64,000 bases of DNA, taken from NCBI GenBank assembly GCA_965248695.1, contig CBDFKD010000002.1, positions 288,001 to 352,000 on the forward strand, given 5' to 3'. Shown here piece by piece: positions 9,908 to 19,220 of the stretch. Numbering within the stretch: the stretch's first letter is position 1; every line of letters starts with the position of its first letter. Under the pieces are notes generated by a model. That model was not told the DNA's origin and did not search any database. It saw nothing but the letters and a program-made list of their open reading frames with translations. The position numbers and the translations under genes are program-made. The DNA is from Acidobacteriota bacterium (GTDB taxonomy: Bacteria; Acidobacteriota; UBA890; WLXD01).

Positions 9908-11059
9908 TTATAGGGCTGACAGACGGCGTCCCCATCCGTCTGTTAGAGCCGTTGAAGTAATGATGTCCCGTACCTTCACAAGCGTGTCTCGGCTGTGCGC
10001 GTAGGAGATCGCGCCTCGGTATTGCAGTTGGCCTGCGACAATTCCGGGGTGGACATTGTTCATCTTTGCGAATCCCCGAATCTTCTCTTTGTAGAAGAAC
10101 GGAGTAGTCTCGCTGATGAAGCTCGATAGCTTCTTCTGGTCCACGAGAAACGCCGCTGCGAACGCATCTACTTTTTGTTCGGCATCACTGATCGCCTGGG
10201 TTCCTGCTCGTGCTTGAGCCGAGGCAAGAAGGTCTACGTCAATCTGCATTGTGCGGTCTAACAGGCCGTCGCGATTCATGACGTGACCTAACTCGTGCAC
10301 TAATCCGAACCAGAACGAGTCGATCCGGTCGAAGCGCATCGAGATAGCGACGACGGGCGAGTGGCGATCCAGCCACAGGCAGGCACCGTCAATCTTCGTG
10401 CCTTGAAGATGCTCAATCACAACTAATCTGACCCCGCCCTCAGCAAGGATCGCCGGCACGCGTCGAATCTCATCTTCCACATGGAAACATTGGCGAAGTT
10501 CCTCAAGACAGCGCGCGAACCGTGTTTCCGTGAACCTTCGCGCCTGTAATGTGTGCGCCAACTGCCGGGCGCGATACAGCCAAGCGTTTTGCGCGGGCGT
10601 TGTTTCTGTATAGATCGTTCCTTTTCGCGCGGCGTGTGGAAGGCGGCGCGGGTTGTCCTCGATCTTCTGGATTTCGAAGAAGCTAAGGATCTGTTCCTCA
10701 AGCACATCTACGCTTTCGGTGGCCTGAAGCCAGCCGCGCCGGATCATCTCCGCGACCGGCGCCTTCTCATAGAGCTTCGCTTTGCGCCGAACGTCATCCG
10801 TCCCCGACACCTCGGTCTTCCAAAGCTGGTAGATGCTCCCAAGGCTCAGCCAAAACTCAGGTCCGGTATCAAAGGCTTCGCCGAACACAACCGCAGTTTC
10901 GGTGGAAACGCCACGCTTCCCGTTGATGACCTCGTTTATCAATGTGAGTGGCCTCCCAGTGATCTCTGCGAAGTCTCTTTGGCTCCATCCCCGAGCCTCT
11001 AGCTCGTCGCGGACAAACTCTCCAGGCGGAAATGCCTCAGCTAGCTTGTTCTTCATCAC
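9908..11059 (-). CDS. higA: HigA-type HTH antitoxin fused to an ImmA/IrrE-like Zn metallopeptidase domain
   Basis: FPPGEF..DELEARGWSQ...INGKRGV HTH; HELGH; FWFGL. Confidence 0.82.
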   Translation of the reverse strand: MMKNKLAEAFPPGEFVRDELEARGWSQRDFAEITGRPLTLINEVINGKRGVSTETAVVFGEAFDTGPEFWLSLGSIYQLWKTEVSGTDDVRRKAKLYEKAPVAEMIRRGWLQATESVDVLEEQILSFFEIQKIEDNPRRLPHAARKGTIYTETTPAQNAWLYRARQLAHTLQARRFTETRFARCLEELRQCFHVEDEIRRVPAILAEGGVRLVVIEHLQGTKIDGACLWLDRHSPVVAISMRFDRIDSFWFGLVHELGHVMNRDGLLDRTMQIDVDLLASAQARAGTQAISDAEQKVDAFAAAFLVDQKKLSSFISETTPFFYKEKIRGFAKMNNVHPGIVAGQLQYRGAISYAHSRDTLVKVRDIITSTALTDGWGRRLSAL

Positions 11060-11071
11060 GCGACCTCACTT

Positions 11072-11368
11072 TCAGTGGTAGTCCTCGATGCCTTTGATGA
11101 GCACTCGTTTTTCTTTTCCCTTGCCTCGAATCTCAAGAATCAGTCTGAACTGCTTGTTGAGCATCATGGAACGCTCGTGACTGCGGTTGCCCTTCAGCTT
11201 CTCGAAATGCAGTCCTTTCTGCTTGTAGAACACGCGCTCATCGGGCGCCGCCAGGATCGATTGCAACCGCTTGCGAAACGCTTTGATCACGGCGCGTGAG
11301 TAGCCGCCTGTAAAGCTGGCGTCCTCCGCCAGGCGTTCCGCGTCCCTGGTCGCGAACTCAACGTCCAT
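11072..11368 (-). CDS. higB: HigB/RelE-ParE family toxin
   Basis: MDVEFAT..., LHFEKLKGNR, QFRLI, IEDYH end; lies upstream of the antitoxin. Confidence 0.82.
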   Translation of the reverse strand: MDVEFATRDAERLAEDASFTGGYSRAVIKAFRKRLQSILAAPDERVFYKQKGLHFEKLKGNRSHERSMMLNKQFRLILEIRGKGKEKRVLIKGIEDYH

Positions 11369-11554
11369 TCGCCAAGGGTAGCGCGAATCGGGCACGAGTT
11401 CAATATCAGAATTCCACGTGTTACGTGAAAGCGTTGAATTCTGGTAAACTGCGTCGAACCTTACCCTGCTAGGCCGCAACGTAGATGATCAACCTTCAGG
11501 TCGCCGTCTCTTCTTCGCCACGCGCCGCGGCCGTTCCTGCGCATAGAAGAGCCG

Positions 11555-11752
11555 TTATCGACAAACATCAATCTCTAGTCGTTCAGCCTCTTCCAAGAAA
11601 GCCGTTTCCTCTCGATCGAAGCGCTTCTGTAGGCTCTCTCTGACAACTCCAAGAGACGGAGATTGAGGGTCGTCGGCCAAGGCGTGTTCAAGTTGCGCCA
11701 TAGCCTCCAACGTGCGCTGCACGTCTTCCTGTAGATCCAAGAGTCGAGACAT
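11555..11752 (-). CDS. Hypothetical protein, probably an N-terminal fragment
   Basis: 65-aa ORF in the decayed island. Confidence 0.35.
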   Translation of the reverse strand: MSRLLDLQEDVQRTLEAMAQLEHALADDPQSPSLGVVRESLQKRFDREETAFLEEAERLEIDVCR

Positions 11753-11794
11753 CTATACGAACTGGATCTTATGCGCAGGTTGCGCAGTCATTGT

Positions 11795-12010
11795 CTAGTC
11801 CCGTCTTGGCCAGCGCACGAAGGCCGGGATTCGGCCAGCTTCCTCATATTCCCGAATAGCAGCGAGCCTCATCCGCTCCCGGATCCACGTGGATAGCCCA
11901 ATTCCTGCCATCTCAGCCGCTTCCTTGAAAGCCTGCTTCTCGACGGCGGAAAGGCGAATATGCACCAATTCGTCCCTGGGTAACTGAGTTTTCGGCCTTC
12001 CCTTGACCAT
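11795..12010 (-). CDS. Small ribbon-helix-helix (DUF1778/MobC-like) DNA-binding protein
   Basis: GRPK...VHIRLS..EKQAF..AAE.AG..LSTWIR. Confidence 0.65.
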   Translation of the reverse strand: MVKGRPKTQLPRDELVHIRLSAVEKQAFKEAAEMAGIGLSTWIRERMRLAAIREYEEAGRIPAFVRWPRRD

Positions 12011-12019
12011 GCTCAATAT

Positions 12020-12082
12020 TGTACACACAATAAATACACAAACCAACAGAATTGCCTCGACTGTGTATTTATTGTATGTACA
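12020..12082. promoter_or_regulatory. 21-bp AT-rich inverted repeat upstream of the RHH gene (candidate operator)
   Basis: TGTACACACAATAAATACACA (12020-12040) / TGTGTATTTATTGTATGTACA (12062-12082), 1 mismatch. Confidence 0.7.
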
Positions 12083-12258
12083 GATCTAAAAACCGACGAC
12101 CTTCTGGGCCATGCTGTCACGCAAACGATGGCAAAATAAACTCTCTCTAGGGCTGATCTTCGGCCTTGGAGTAGCGCTTGGGCGCGCCCGAAAGCTCCAG
12201 CAAGGCGTTGATCGCCGTCTTGAGGCCCCTGGCCTGTTGCTCTAATCCAGCGAGCTTG

Positions 12259-13621
12259 GGATCCGGCCCGAGTCCTGTGGAAATAAAGATGGCGTAACCT
12301 CCGAGTAGGAAAAACACAAAGCCGCCACGAGCGGCAGGAGGCTACGCCGTGAAGCAGGTTAGCACGGAGGGAACCGGGCTCGTCGAGTTCCGGCAGGACG
12401 TACAGGCGCTGTTGCGCACCAGGATCCGCGAGGCGATCCAGATGACGCTTGACGAGGAGCTCACCGAGGCGCTGGGTTGCGACCGATACGAGCGCAACGG
12501 GCAGCGGCGAGGCTACCGCAACGGCAGCCAAAGGCGTCGGGTGACGACAGCCCAAGGGCTCCAGGAGCTGGACATACCGCGGGGGCGCATCGTGGGGCAA
12601 GACGGCAGCACCCGAGAGTTCCGCAGCGCGATCCTGCCACGGTACGCACGGCGAGCCCGGCAGGTGGACGAGGCGATCCTGGGAGCATACCTGGCGGGAG
12701 CCAACACCCGGCGGATCCGCAAGGCGCTCTCTCCGCTGCTGGGCAAGGCGCACCTGACCAAGAGCACGATCTCCAGGGTGGTGGGGCGCCTGAAGGCGTA
12801 CTTCGAGCGCTGGAGACAGCGAGATGTGTCAGGCGAGCGGTACTGGATCCTGTATTTGGACGGGTTCCATCTGAAGGTCAGGCTGGCGAGGCGGGTCGTG
12901 TCGGCGCCGGTACTGGCGGTGCTCGGGGTCCAGCCCGACGGCCAGAAGGTGTTGGTAGCGTTGCAGTTGGCGGTCTCGGAGGCAGCGGTGCACTGGCAAG
13001 GACTGATCGAGTCGCTGGTGAGACGAGGGCTGCAGGCGCCGGAGGTGCTGATCGCCGACGGCCACAAGGGCCTGGCCAAGGCGATCGAGGTATGGCCCGA
13101 TGTGTCGGTGCAGCGGTGCACACAACACAAGTGGAGCAACTTACGCGACCACTGCCCGGTTCATGCACGTGCGGAGATGAAGCGGGACTGGGATGCGATC
13201 GTCCGGGCCGATGACGGCAACCAGGCCAGAGCCGCCTACGCCGCCTTCGTACGCAAGTGGTCGACCCTCGTGCCCGCCGTGGCCCGGAGCCTGCAGGAGG
13301 CCGGCTTGAACCTGCTGACTTTCTACCAGTTCCCGAAGCCGATGTGGAAGACGCTGCGCACCACCAACGCCCTCGAGAACCTGAACCGGGAGTTCCGTCG
13401 TCGTACCAAGACGCAGGGCTCGTTCTCGACCGAGGCCGCTGGGGTGACGTTGCTGTGGAGCCTGGTCGCCTTCGGCCAGATCCGCATGCGACGCATCGAT
13501 GGCCACCGGTTCTTGGCTCAGCTCACGTGCGGCCCCGACAAACAGGCCGCCTAACCGATAGGATCATCCGTCGTCGCGGAGGAGACGCTCATCCAATTTC
13601 CACGACATTCGGGGCACATCC
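12259..13621 (+). mobile_element. IS256-family element type B with 8-bp TSD CGAGCTTG
   Basis: IRs GGATCCGGCCCGAGTCCTGTGGAAAT / GGATGTGCCCCGAATGTCGTGGAAAT; TSD at 12251-12258 and 13622-13629. Confidence 0.93.
12349..13554 (+). CDS. IS256 transposase
   Basis: GYRNG, LYLDG, ADGHKGL, QRCTQHK, RTTNALENLNREF. Confidence 0.93.
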   Translation: MKQVSTEGTGLVEFRQDVQALLRTRIREAIQMTLDEELTEALGCDRYERNGQRRGYRNGSQRRRVTTAQGLQELDIPRGRIVGQDGSTREFRSAILPRYARRARQVDEAILGAYLAGANTRRIRKALSPLLGKAHLTKSTISRVVGRLKAYFERWRQRDVSGERYWILYLDGFHLKVRLARRVVSAPVLAVLGVQPDGQKVLVALQLAVSEAAVHWQGLIESLVRRGLQAPEVLIADGHKGLAKAIEVWPDVSVQRCTQHKWSNLRDHCPVHARAEMKRDWDAIVRADDGNQARAAYAAFVRKWSTLVPAVARSLQEAGLNLLTFYQFPKPMWKTLRTTNALENLNREFRRRTKTQGSFSTEAAGVTLLWSLVAFGQIRMRRIDGHRFLAQLTCGPDKQAA

Positions 13622-13979
13622 CGAGCTTGTCTTCCAAGCTCTCAATGCTGGCTCGGTGTTCGTCCGCCATAGCCGTTTCTCCAGTTCGAGACTTGACGGC
13701 CCAACGCGGTGGCAACTACGCTAGACAAAGCTAACGCTGTCGGCCCCGAGGGGGTCGATCACGCAGTCGAACTCGCTGGTACGAGTCGGCTGCCGGTCCA
13801 AAAAGCTACCTAATAGAGATGTGCTCAGGATCCATTGCAACTCAGGGTGCCGATCCGGGCTGCCCGCGTTGCGGTAGCACCGCCGTATACAAGATGAAAG
13901 ACAGTCCGCGGGACTCGCTAAACTGCTTTTAGAAGTTGCTATAAAACCTCACGTTCCAGCGATGGACCGTGGGCGAAGG

Positions 13980-14011
13980 CCCCGCCGCTTGCGGCGGGGT
14001 TCTTTCTTTTT
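13980..14011 (+). terminator. Intrinsic-terminator-like hairpin immediately upstream of the NYN fragment
   Basis: CCCCGCCG-CTTG-CGGCGGGG followed by TTCTTTCTTTTT. Confidence 0.65.
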
Positions 14012-14023
14012 GGGGAGGCTCCG

Positions 14024-14160
14024 ATGGCAGCAACGCAACGAGGGATGGTCTTCGTTGACAGTTCGAATCTCTATTACGGCCTCAAGCGCATCGGCTTCAA
14101 GATGTACCACCTTGATTTCGTGAAGTTCGCCGATCAACTCCTTCTCGGACGGCGCGCTAC
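14024..14160 (+). pseudogene. NYN/LabA (DUF88) domain N-terminal fragment
   Basis: MVFVDSSNLYYGL...LDFVKF; similarity lost after ~45 aa; RBS GGAGG. Confidence 0.6.
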
Positions 14161-14232
14161 AACGTGGCTTGCGATCCGCATCTTTCCTCTATCGCTCGTC
14201 ACTGTGACGTTTGCCAGTCTTGAGAATCTACG

Positions 14233-14493
14233 ATGCCTCCAAGTATTTCTTACCTCGCCGACGAAAAGTCGGATAGCAACTCTTGGTCGGTTGAACAAAT
14301 GCTGGCTAGCGCCCTCTCCGATATCCAGAAGGGAGAGCGGGCTGCTACAAAAGCTATCGTCCTGTTTCTAGACGATAGCGATGAACAGTACAACGTAGGG
14401 TTTAATCAATCGGGATTCCGCATGTCTGAGGCGATCGCCCTGATCGAAGTTGCCAAGATTACATTCCTGCGAGAAATGGGCCACCTGGAATAA
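14233..14493 (+). CDS. Hypothetical protein, 86 aa
   Basis: Protein-like composition in a lower-GC segment. Confidence 0.5.
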   Translation: MPPSISYLADEKSDSNSWSVEQMLASALSDIQKGERAATKAIVLFLDDSDEQYNVGFNQSGFRMSEAIALIEVAKITFLREMGHLE

Positions 14494-14505
14494 TACGGAA
14501 CCGCC

Positions 14506-14580
14506 TCACCGCCTCGGCACCGAATTGGTCAGGCACAGTTCTGAGGCCCCATGGTTGCGCTCGACGATGTAGGTGGTCTA
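14506..14580 (-). repeat. ~75-bp dispersed repeat, copy C
   Basis: Alignment by eye to copies A and B. Confidence 0.82.
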
Positions 14581-14859
14581 GTCCAGCCGCAAGACTTCTG
14601 CTGGGCTCGTATTGAGCGCGCGTATTGTTGGGACCATCACAGCCATTGCGCCGACCAACAGTAGAATCAACCCAGTATTGATCAGAACCATCGGATCTGC
14701 GGGCGATGTCTCAAAAAGAACGCTCCGCAGCCAGCGGCTCGCAACCAGGATAAGCACACCACCCGCAATTAGCCCAACCGCCACCGATGCAAGGGTGTCA
14801 CCGACCGATAGCCTGATTAGTTTCCACCGCGGCGCACCGATGGCCCGTCGGATGCGCAT
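14578..14859 (-). pseudogene. C-terminal fragment of an ADOP/FtsX-like ABC permease
   Basis: IRRAIGA...LFETSPADP...P.EVLRLD* typical C-terminus only. Confidence 0.75.
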
Positions 14860-14912
14860 TCAGCTGGGGCTTAAAGCTGCGGCTGTTCGACTCCAATCCA
14901 GTCCAAGGCCTC

Positions 14913-15506
14913 GTGCCACCGGCACCGCCAAGCGATCGCCGGTCGCTAACCGACCAGGAGCGCCACAGGGTGCTCCATGAAGCACGCTACCGTGACGTGT
15001 GGTTCACGTACTTGCTCACCGGGCTTCGGGCTTCCGAGCTCGCCGAGCTGCCGACCGACAGCGTGAAGCTCGACACTCCGGCTCCGCATCTGGTCGTCGT
15101 GGGCAAGGGGTCCAAGGAGCGCATCGTGCCAATCCACGGGCACGATGCGGTGTCACACTTTCGGAAGCTCGTGGCCGACGCGAGGGTGCGGCGCGATTCC
15201 CGGTTGATGCCGTGGAGGACGCGAAGGGTGCAGGGGCTTTGGCAGCAGGATCGAGAACGTCTGGGCTTGCCCGAGGACATTACGATCCACACGTTCCGGC
15301 ACACGTACGGGACGTTCATGGCGTACCGAGACCTCGTGGGAACGCAGCGTGCGATGGGGCACTCGGACATCAAGACGACGATGCTGTACGTGCACGATGA
15401 CGACCGCCTGATCCGGGAATCGTCGGTGCAATGGGGAGCTGTTTTGCATGGCGATGAAGCCCGGAATGGTACAAAATCGGTACCACATTCGAAAAATCCC
15501 AAGTAG
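14913..15506 (+). pseudogene. Tyrosine recombinase/integrase catalytic domain, N-terminus missing
   Basis: TGLRASEL, GKGSKER, HTFRHTY, MGHSDIKTTMLY. Confidence 0.85.
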
Positions 15507-16230
15507 AACAAGTGTTCCCGGTGTTCTGCATAAACACCGTCAGATCCTCCCGACCCTCTACTGTCAGCACGAAGCTGATGGCGCCGCCGTGCGGCGTGCG
15601 GAGACTCTGTTCCGGGTCCGGCGGCTCGGTGAGCTCGGCGTGTGGCCCCGGACCACGCTCGACAGGCCACCAGTGACCGTTGCGTACGACGCGAATGCTG
15701 ACATCGTCATACTCGAGCAGGTCGCCGTCGCCGACTACTGTGCAACGCTCTGGCCGCAGCCCCTGAGCCTGGGCCACGAAGCACGTGGTGGGTGTGCCCA
15801 CCGCCTGCGCGCCGGTGAACAGCGCCGTTGCGCCGAGATCGGAGATATGGTCGAAATGCGCGTGGCCGATGAGGATGGCGTCCACCTGCTCGGCCCCCGC
15901 CGCCTGCAGCACTCGCTGGATCTGCGGCATGCCATCGATATGCGGCTCGCCGCCGAAAGCAGGTCGGCTGTAGTACGCGTCGAACAGCAGCGTCGTGCTT
16001 CCGACGCGCACCAGCCAATTCGACACTCCGAGCCAGACCATCTCGACGGATTCGACCGTCGACGTCTCCCGCGCAGGATCCGCCCCGGAACCCGACCCCG
16101 ACGAGCTCGAGCAGGCGATTCCACTCGACGCCACCAGCAGCAGCGCCATCATGAGACAGACCGGGTGGCGGTATCGCGACCGCCCCGCCCGTCGGCGACG
16201 CGCTACATAGGTGATCGGTGATCTCGGCAT
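15507..16230 (-). pseudogene. MBL-fold metallo-hydrolase lipoprotein, 3'-truncated at the island boundary
   Basis: WLGVSNW, GHAHFDHISD, lipobox GIAC; the frame runs into the integrase 3' end. Confidence 0.7.
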
Positions 16231-16291
16231 GATTGCCTCCATCGGTTGAAGCACAGCAGGGGAAGCGTTTTGACGATCACGCCAGCTAACG

Positions 16292-17473
16292 CTAGAGCAC
16301 CAAGCGTTCCGCGTGCGGCCGGCCACAGTGAATGTTGGCGAGCTCTGCACCGTAGCCACCGACGTTCAGCAGCGCCAGGATGTCGCCCTCACGAACCTCC
16401 GGCAGCTCCGCCTGGTCGGCGAACACGTCGCGCGCCTCGTTGATGTGTCCAGCCACGGTATAGCTCCCGGTCGGCTTGGCGTCGGCGGCCCGGCAGACCA
16501 CGATCTCCTGCGGCTCGCGGTACAGGTAGGGAATGCCACATGCGTTATAGCCGCCGTCCAGGCCGACAAACTTGTTGCCGCGGCGCTCGTCGATGCCGAC
16601 CACCTCGACCAGAAAGATGCCGGCGTCGCGGGCCAGAAAATCGCCCGGCTCGCACATGATCGGGACGCCGAGTGGCCCGAAGCTCGCCTCGATCAAGGCC
16701 GCGTAGGCATCGAGATCGACCGGGTCTGCAGACGCCAGCAGCGGCACGCCGATGCCGCCGCCGACGTTGATGTAGTCGAGATCCTGAAGCCGTGCGGCAA
16801 TCTCACCGACCACGATTACCGCCTGGCTGAAGTCTTCGATGCCGTACTGTAGCCAGCCCGATCCGATATGAAAGTGCAGCCCCCGCACCTGTAACTGGTA
16901 CTCGGACGCGAGCGCCAGCGCCTCGTCCACCTGCTCCGGGTAGATGCCGAACTTCGACGGCCAGCTGCCTTCCGCTGTGGTGCGCGTCGAGTACGTCCCC
17001 ACGCCGGGGTTGAGTCGCAGCCCGATGGTCCTTCCCGGGGCACGCTCGCCGACGTGGCGGATGGTGCTCATCGAGTCGAGGTTGAAGATCACCGGCTGCG
17101 CCAGAATCCGCTCGAGGTCACGCTGGCTGAGGTTGGTTCCGGTGTAGGAGATCTGCTGCGCACGCCAGCCGGCACCCAGCGCCATGTCCATCTCGCTCGG
17201 CGAGCACACGTCCACGCCGACGCCGGTGCCGTGCATCCGGGAAACGATATCGGGGTGGCGATTGCACTTCAGAGCGTAGAGCAGGTGATGGCGCACGCCG
17301 GCATTCTCGAGGGCACGCTGCAGGCGCCCGAGGTTAGCCACCATGCGAGCGCTGTCGTAGACATATAGCGGCGTGCCGTTGGCACGCGCCAGCTCCTCGA
17401 CGTCGCGACCCGCGATCGTCATCCGACCGTCACGCACCTCGAGCCCGTCACGATTCCACCATGGTGTCGTCAT
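16292..17473 (-). CDS. lysA: Diaminopimelate decarboxylase-like (fold-type III PLP)
   Basis: TPLYVYD, YALKCN, SKFGI, HFHIGS, INVGGG, EPG, GGYG. Confidence 0.72.
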   Translation of the reverse strand: MTTPWWNRDGLEVRDGRMTIAGRDVEELARANGTPLYVYDSARMVANLGRLQRALENAGVRHHLLYALKCNRHPDIVSRMHGTGVGVDVCSPSEMDMALGAGWRAQQISYTGTNLSQRDLERILAQPVIFNLDSMSTIRHVGERAPGRTIGLRLNPGVGTYSTRTTAEGSWPSKFGIYPEQVDEALALASEYQLQVRGLHFHIGSGWLQYGIEDFSQAVIVVGEIAARLQDLDYINVGGGIGVPLLASADPVDLDAYAALIEASFGPLGVPIMCEPGDFLARDAGIFLVEVVGIDERRGNKFVGLDGGYNACGIPYLYREPQEIVVCRAADAKPTGSYTVAGHINEARDVFADQAELPEVREGDILALLNVGGYGAELANIHCGRPHAERLVL

Positions 17474-17628
17474 GGTCGGAAGCTCGCAGACGGACGTCGT
17501 CCGTGCAACCACGACCCCGACGGGCTACGATGAAGAAGTCCCCTGTCGCCCCGCCGGCACGCTACTCCCCGGAGTCGCGCGCGGCGTCGCGCCGCTTTCG
17601 CGCCTCCGCTGAAACGGAGAGATCTGGC

Positions 17629-18144
17629 ATGCGAAAGCTCCTCTTGGCGGTCTCGGTGCTCGTGGTTTTCGTCGGTGCCGCTTCGGCCGGCGCCCAGAGT
17701 GGGGTCCGGAGAACGATCCGCGACGGCGATGTGTTCTCCTATCAGCCCATCGGCTTCGGCTTCATGCGTTGGCAGGTCGCGTGGACCAAGAACGCCGACT
17801 TCGACATCCTCATCGAGGGCATTACCAACGGGGAGATCTTCAGCGTCTGCGCCGGACAGTCATTCGACACCGCCTTCGAGCTTTGTGAGCACGGGCTGGG
17901 CGCCGACTCCTACCTGATGACCATCTTCTCGGTCGACGGTGCCACGTCTGCCAAGGGGTCTTTGATGATCCAGGAGTCCGTGCCGGAGGACAACTTCCGC
18001 GGCGCTCGACGTCGAAGCCAGGGCAAGCGCGAGGGCCTCAACTACCTCGGAAATATCCACGACGACACCTCCGACCGGCTGCTGATCGAGGCTCGCAGCA
18101 GGTCGGAGGCGCGCCGCAACACCAAGGCTCGACGGGACCGCTAG
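17629..18144 (+). CDS. Hypothetical secreted protein
   Basis: Signal peptide MRKLLLAVSV...AGA; RBS GGAGA. Confidence 0.65.
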   Translation: MRKLLLAVSVLVVFVGAASAGAQSGVRRTIRDGDVFSYQPIGFGFMRWQVAWTKNADFDILIEGITNGEIFSVCAGQSFDTAFELCEHGLGADSYLMTIFSVDGATSAKGSLMIQESVPEDNFRGARRRSQGKREGLNYLGNIHDDTSDRLLIEARSRSEARRNTKARRDR

Positions 18145-18298
18145 CAGGCCGTCGTGGAAGTGTGGCGGGCCTGGTTGCGCGCGGATGCTGCGTCGTTCGT
18201 CGTCAACGATGGGGTAACCATCGCCTCCTCCTCTCTCCTTGCCTCCACATCGCAAGACCCTGTCGCCAGACCCGCCATACTTTCACGACGGCCTGCTA
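18142..18298. mobile_element. MITE-like element, copy 1
   Basis: ~33-bp terminal IR TAGCAGGCCGTCGTGGAAGTGTGGCGGGCCTGG; homologous to 58100-58282. Confidence 0.8.
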
Positions 18299-18959
18299 AC
18301 CGGCTTCAACAATTCGGCCAGCGCCCCAAGGCGTTCGCCCCACCCGGCACGCGCCGCGTCCGCAGCCGACTTACTGGTCAGCTTGCTGTGCTGAACCGCA
18401 ACCTGGCTCTTGGAATCACCCTTGGCCGTGAAGTACGCGTTGACCTGGGTGCCGTCGCCCAGGACATGCGTAGCGACTTGTTGCGCGTCGAGGTTCGAAT
18501 CTCGAGCGCGTCATTGTCTAGCCACCGCTGCCGCCGACGCTTCTCGCTGAACGCCCGGTAGAGCGTCTCGATCGGAACGCCGACGGTCTTGCTCTTGTTG
18601 ACGTCGTAGCCACCGCCGCGACGCTGGCCGGGGTCCCGGAGCCCGCGGAGGCGCTCATACCCGACCGTCACCATCTGCGCCCACCAGCCCGACACCTCGA
18701 AGTTGTCGTGCACGTACTGCGCGATCTCACGATGCGGCATGGAGACAGCCTGGGCCCGATCGAGTACCTGGACCCATTGCTTCCACGTCTTGCCGGTCTT
18801 GGCGGCGACGGCATCGTCGCTCATCCCGGCGAGCGCTGCAGGATCTGCTGGTAGCGGTGGCAGCTTGCCGACCAGCTGGGCGCGGGCGGCGGTATAGGAC
18901 TCGCCGGTCTTGTCTATGCGCCCACGAATGAGGCGCTTGAGGTCCCTTTGTTTCGGCAT
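18283..18959 (-). pseudogene. DUF4287-like protein with a frameshift near 18460
   Basis: KTGESYT, KTGKTW..W, WWAQMVTVGYE; restoring one base gives GDGTQV...QHSKL...W..RL. Confidence 0.7.
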
Positions 18960-19220
18960 CACGAACATCCTTCGGTCAAGCCGCAACGGCTCGCCCTCCA
19001 GCGACGGCGCCGTGCGGCGACGCAAAGGCTGTCGATGCCGATCCGGGAGTGTGCCCCCCTTTGCCTCGCAAGGACCCTTGCTGGAGCAGGGTCGTCGAGG
19101 TTCGGCGTGGACCGACGCCGTGTGCTCGAGCTTGCCATGGCGGCCGGGAGATGTTCAACCCGGTGCTCTGGCCGCCCGCCGGCGGGGACGCTTGCTCCGC
19201 GACAGAATTCTGCAGGCTTG

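Larger units (their letters stand above)
12147..13670 (-). pseudogene. ~50-aa coiled-coil ORF interrupted by IS256 type B
   Basis: Removing the IS and one TSD copy restores MADEHRASIESLEDKLAGLEQQARGLKTAINALLELSGAPKRY... Confidence 0.6.

Noticed and set aside
9033-14580. CRISPR array or canonical integron attC sites
   Set aside because: Irregular kb-scale spacing, no cas genes, no RYYYAAC/GTTRRRY boxes, no conserved palindrome
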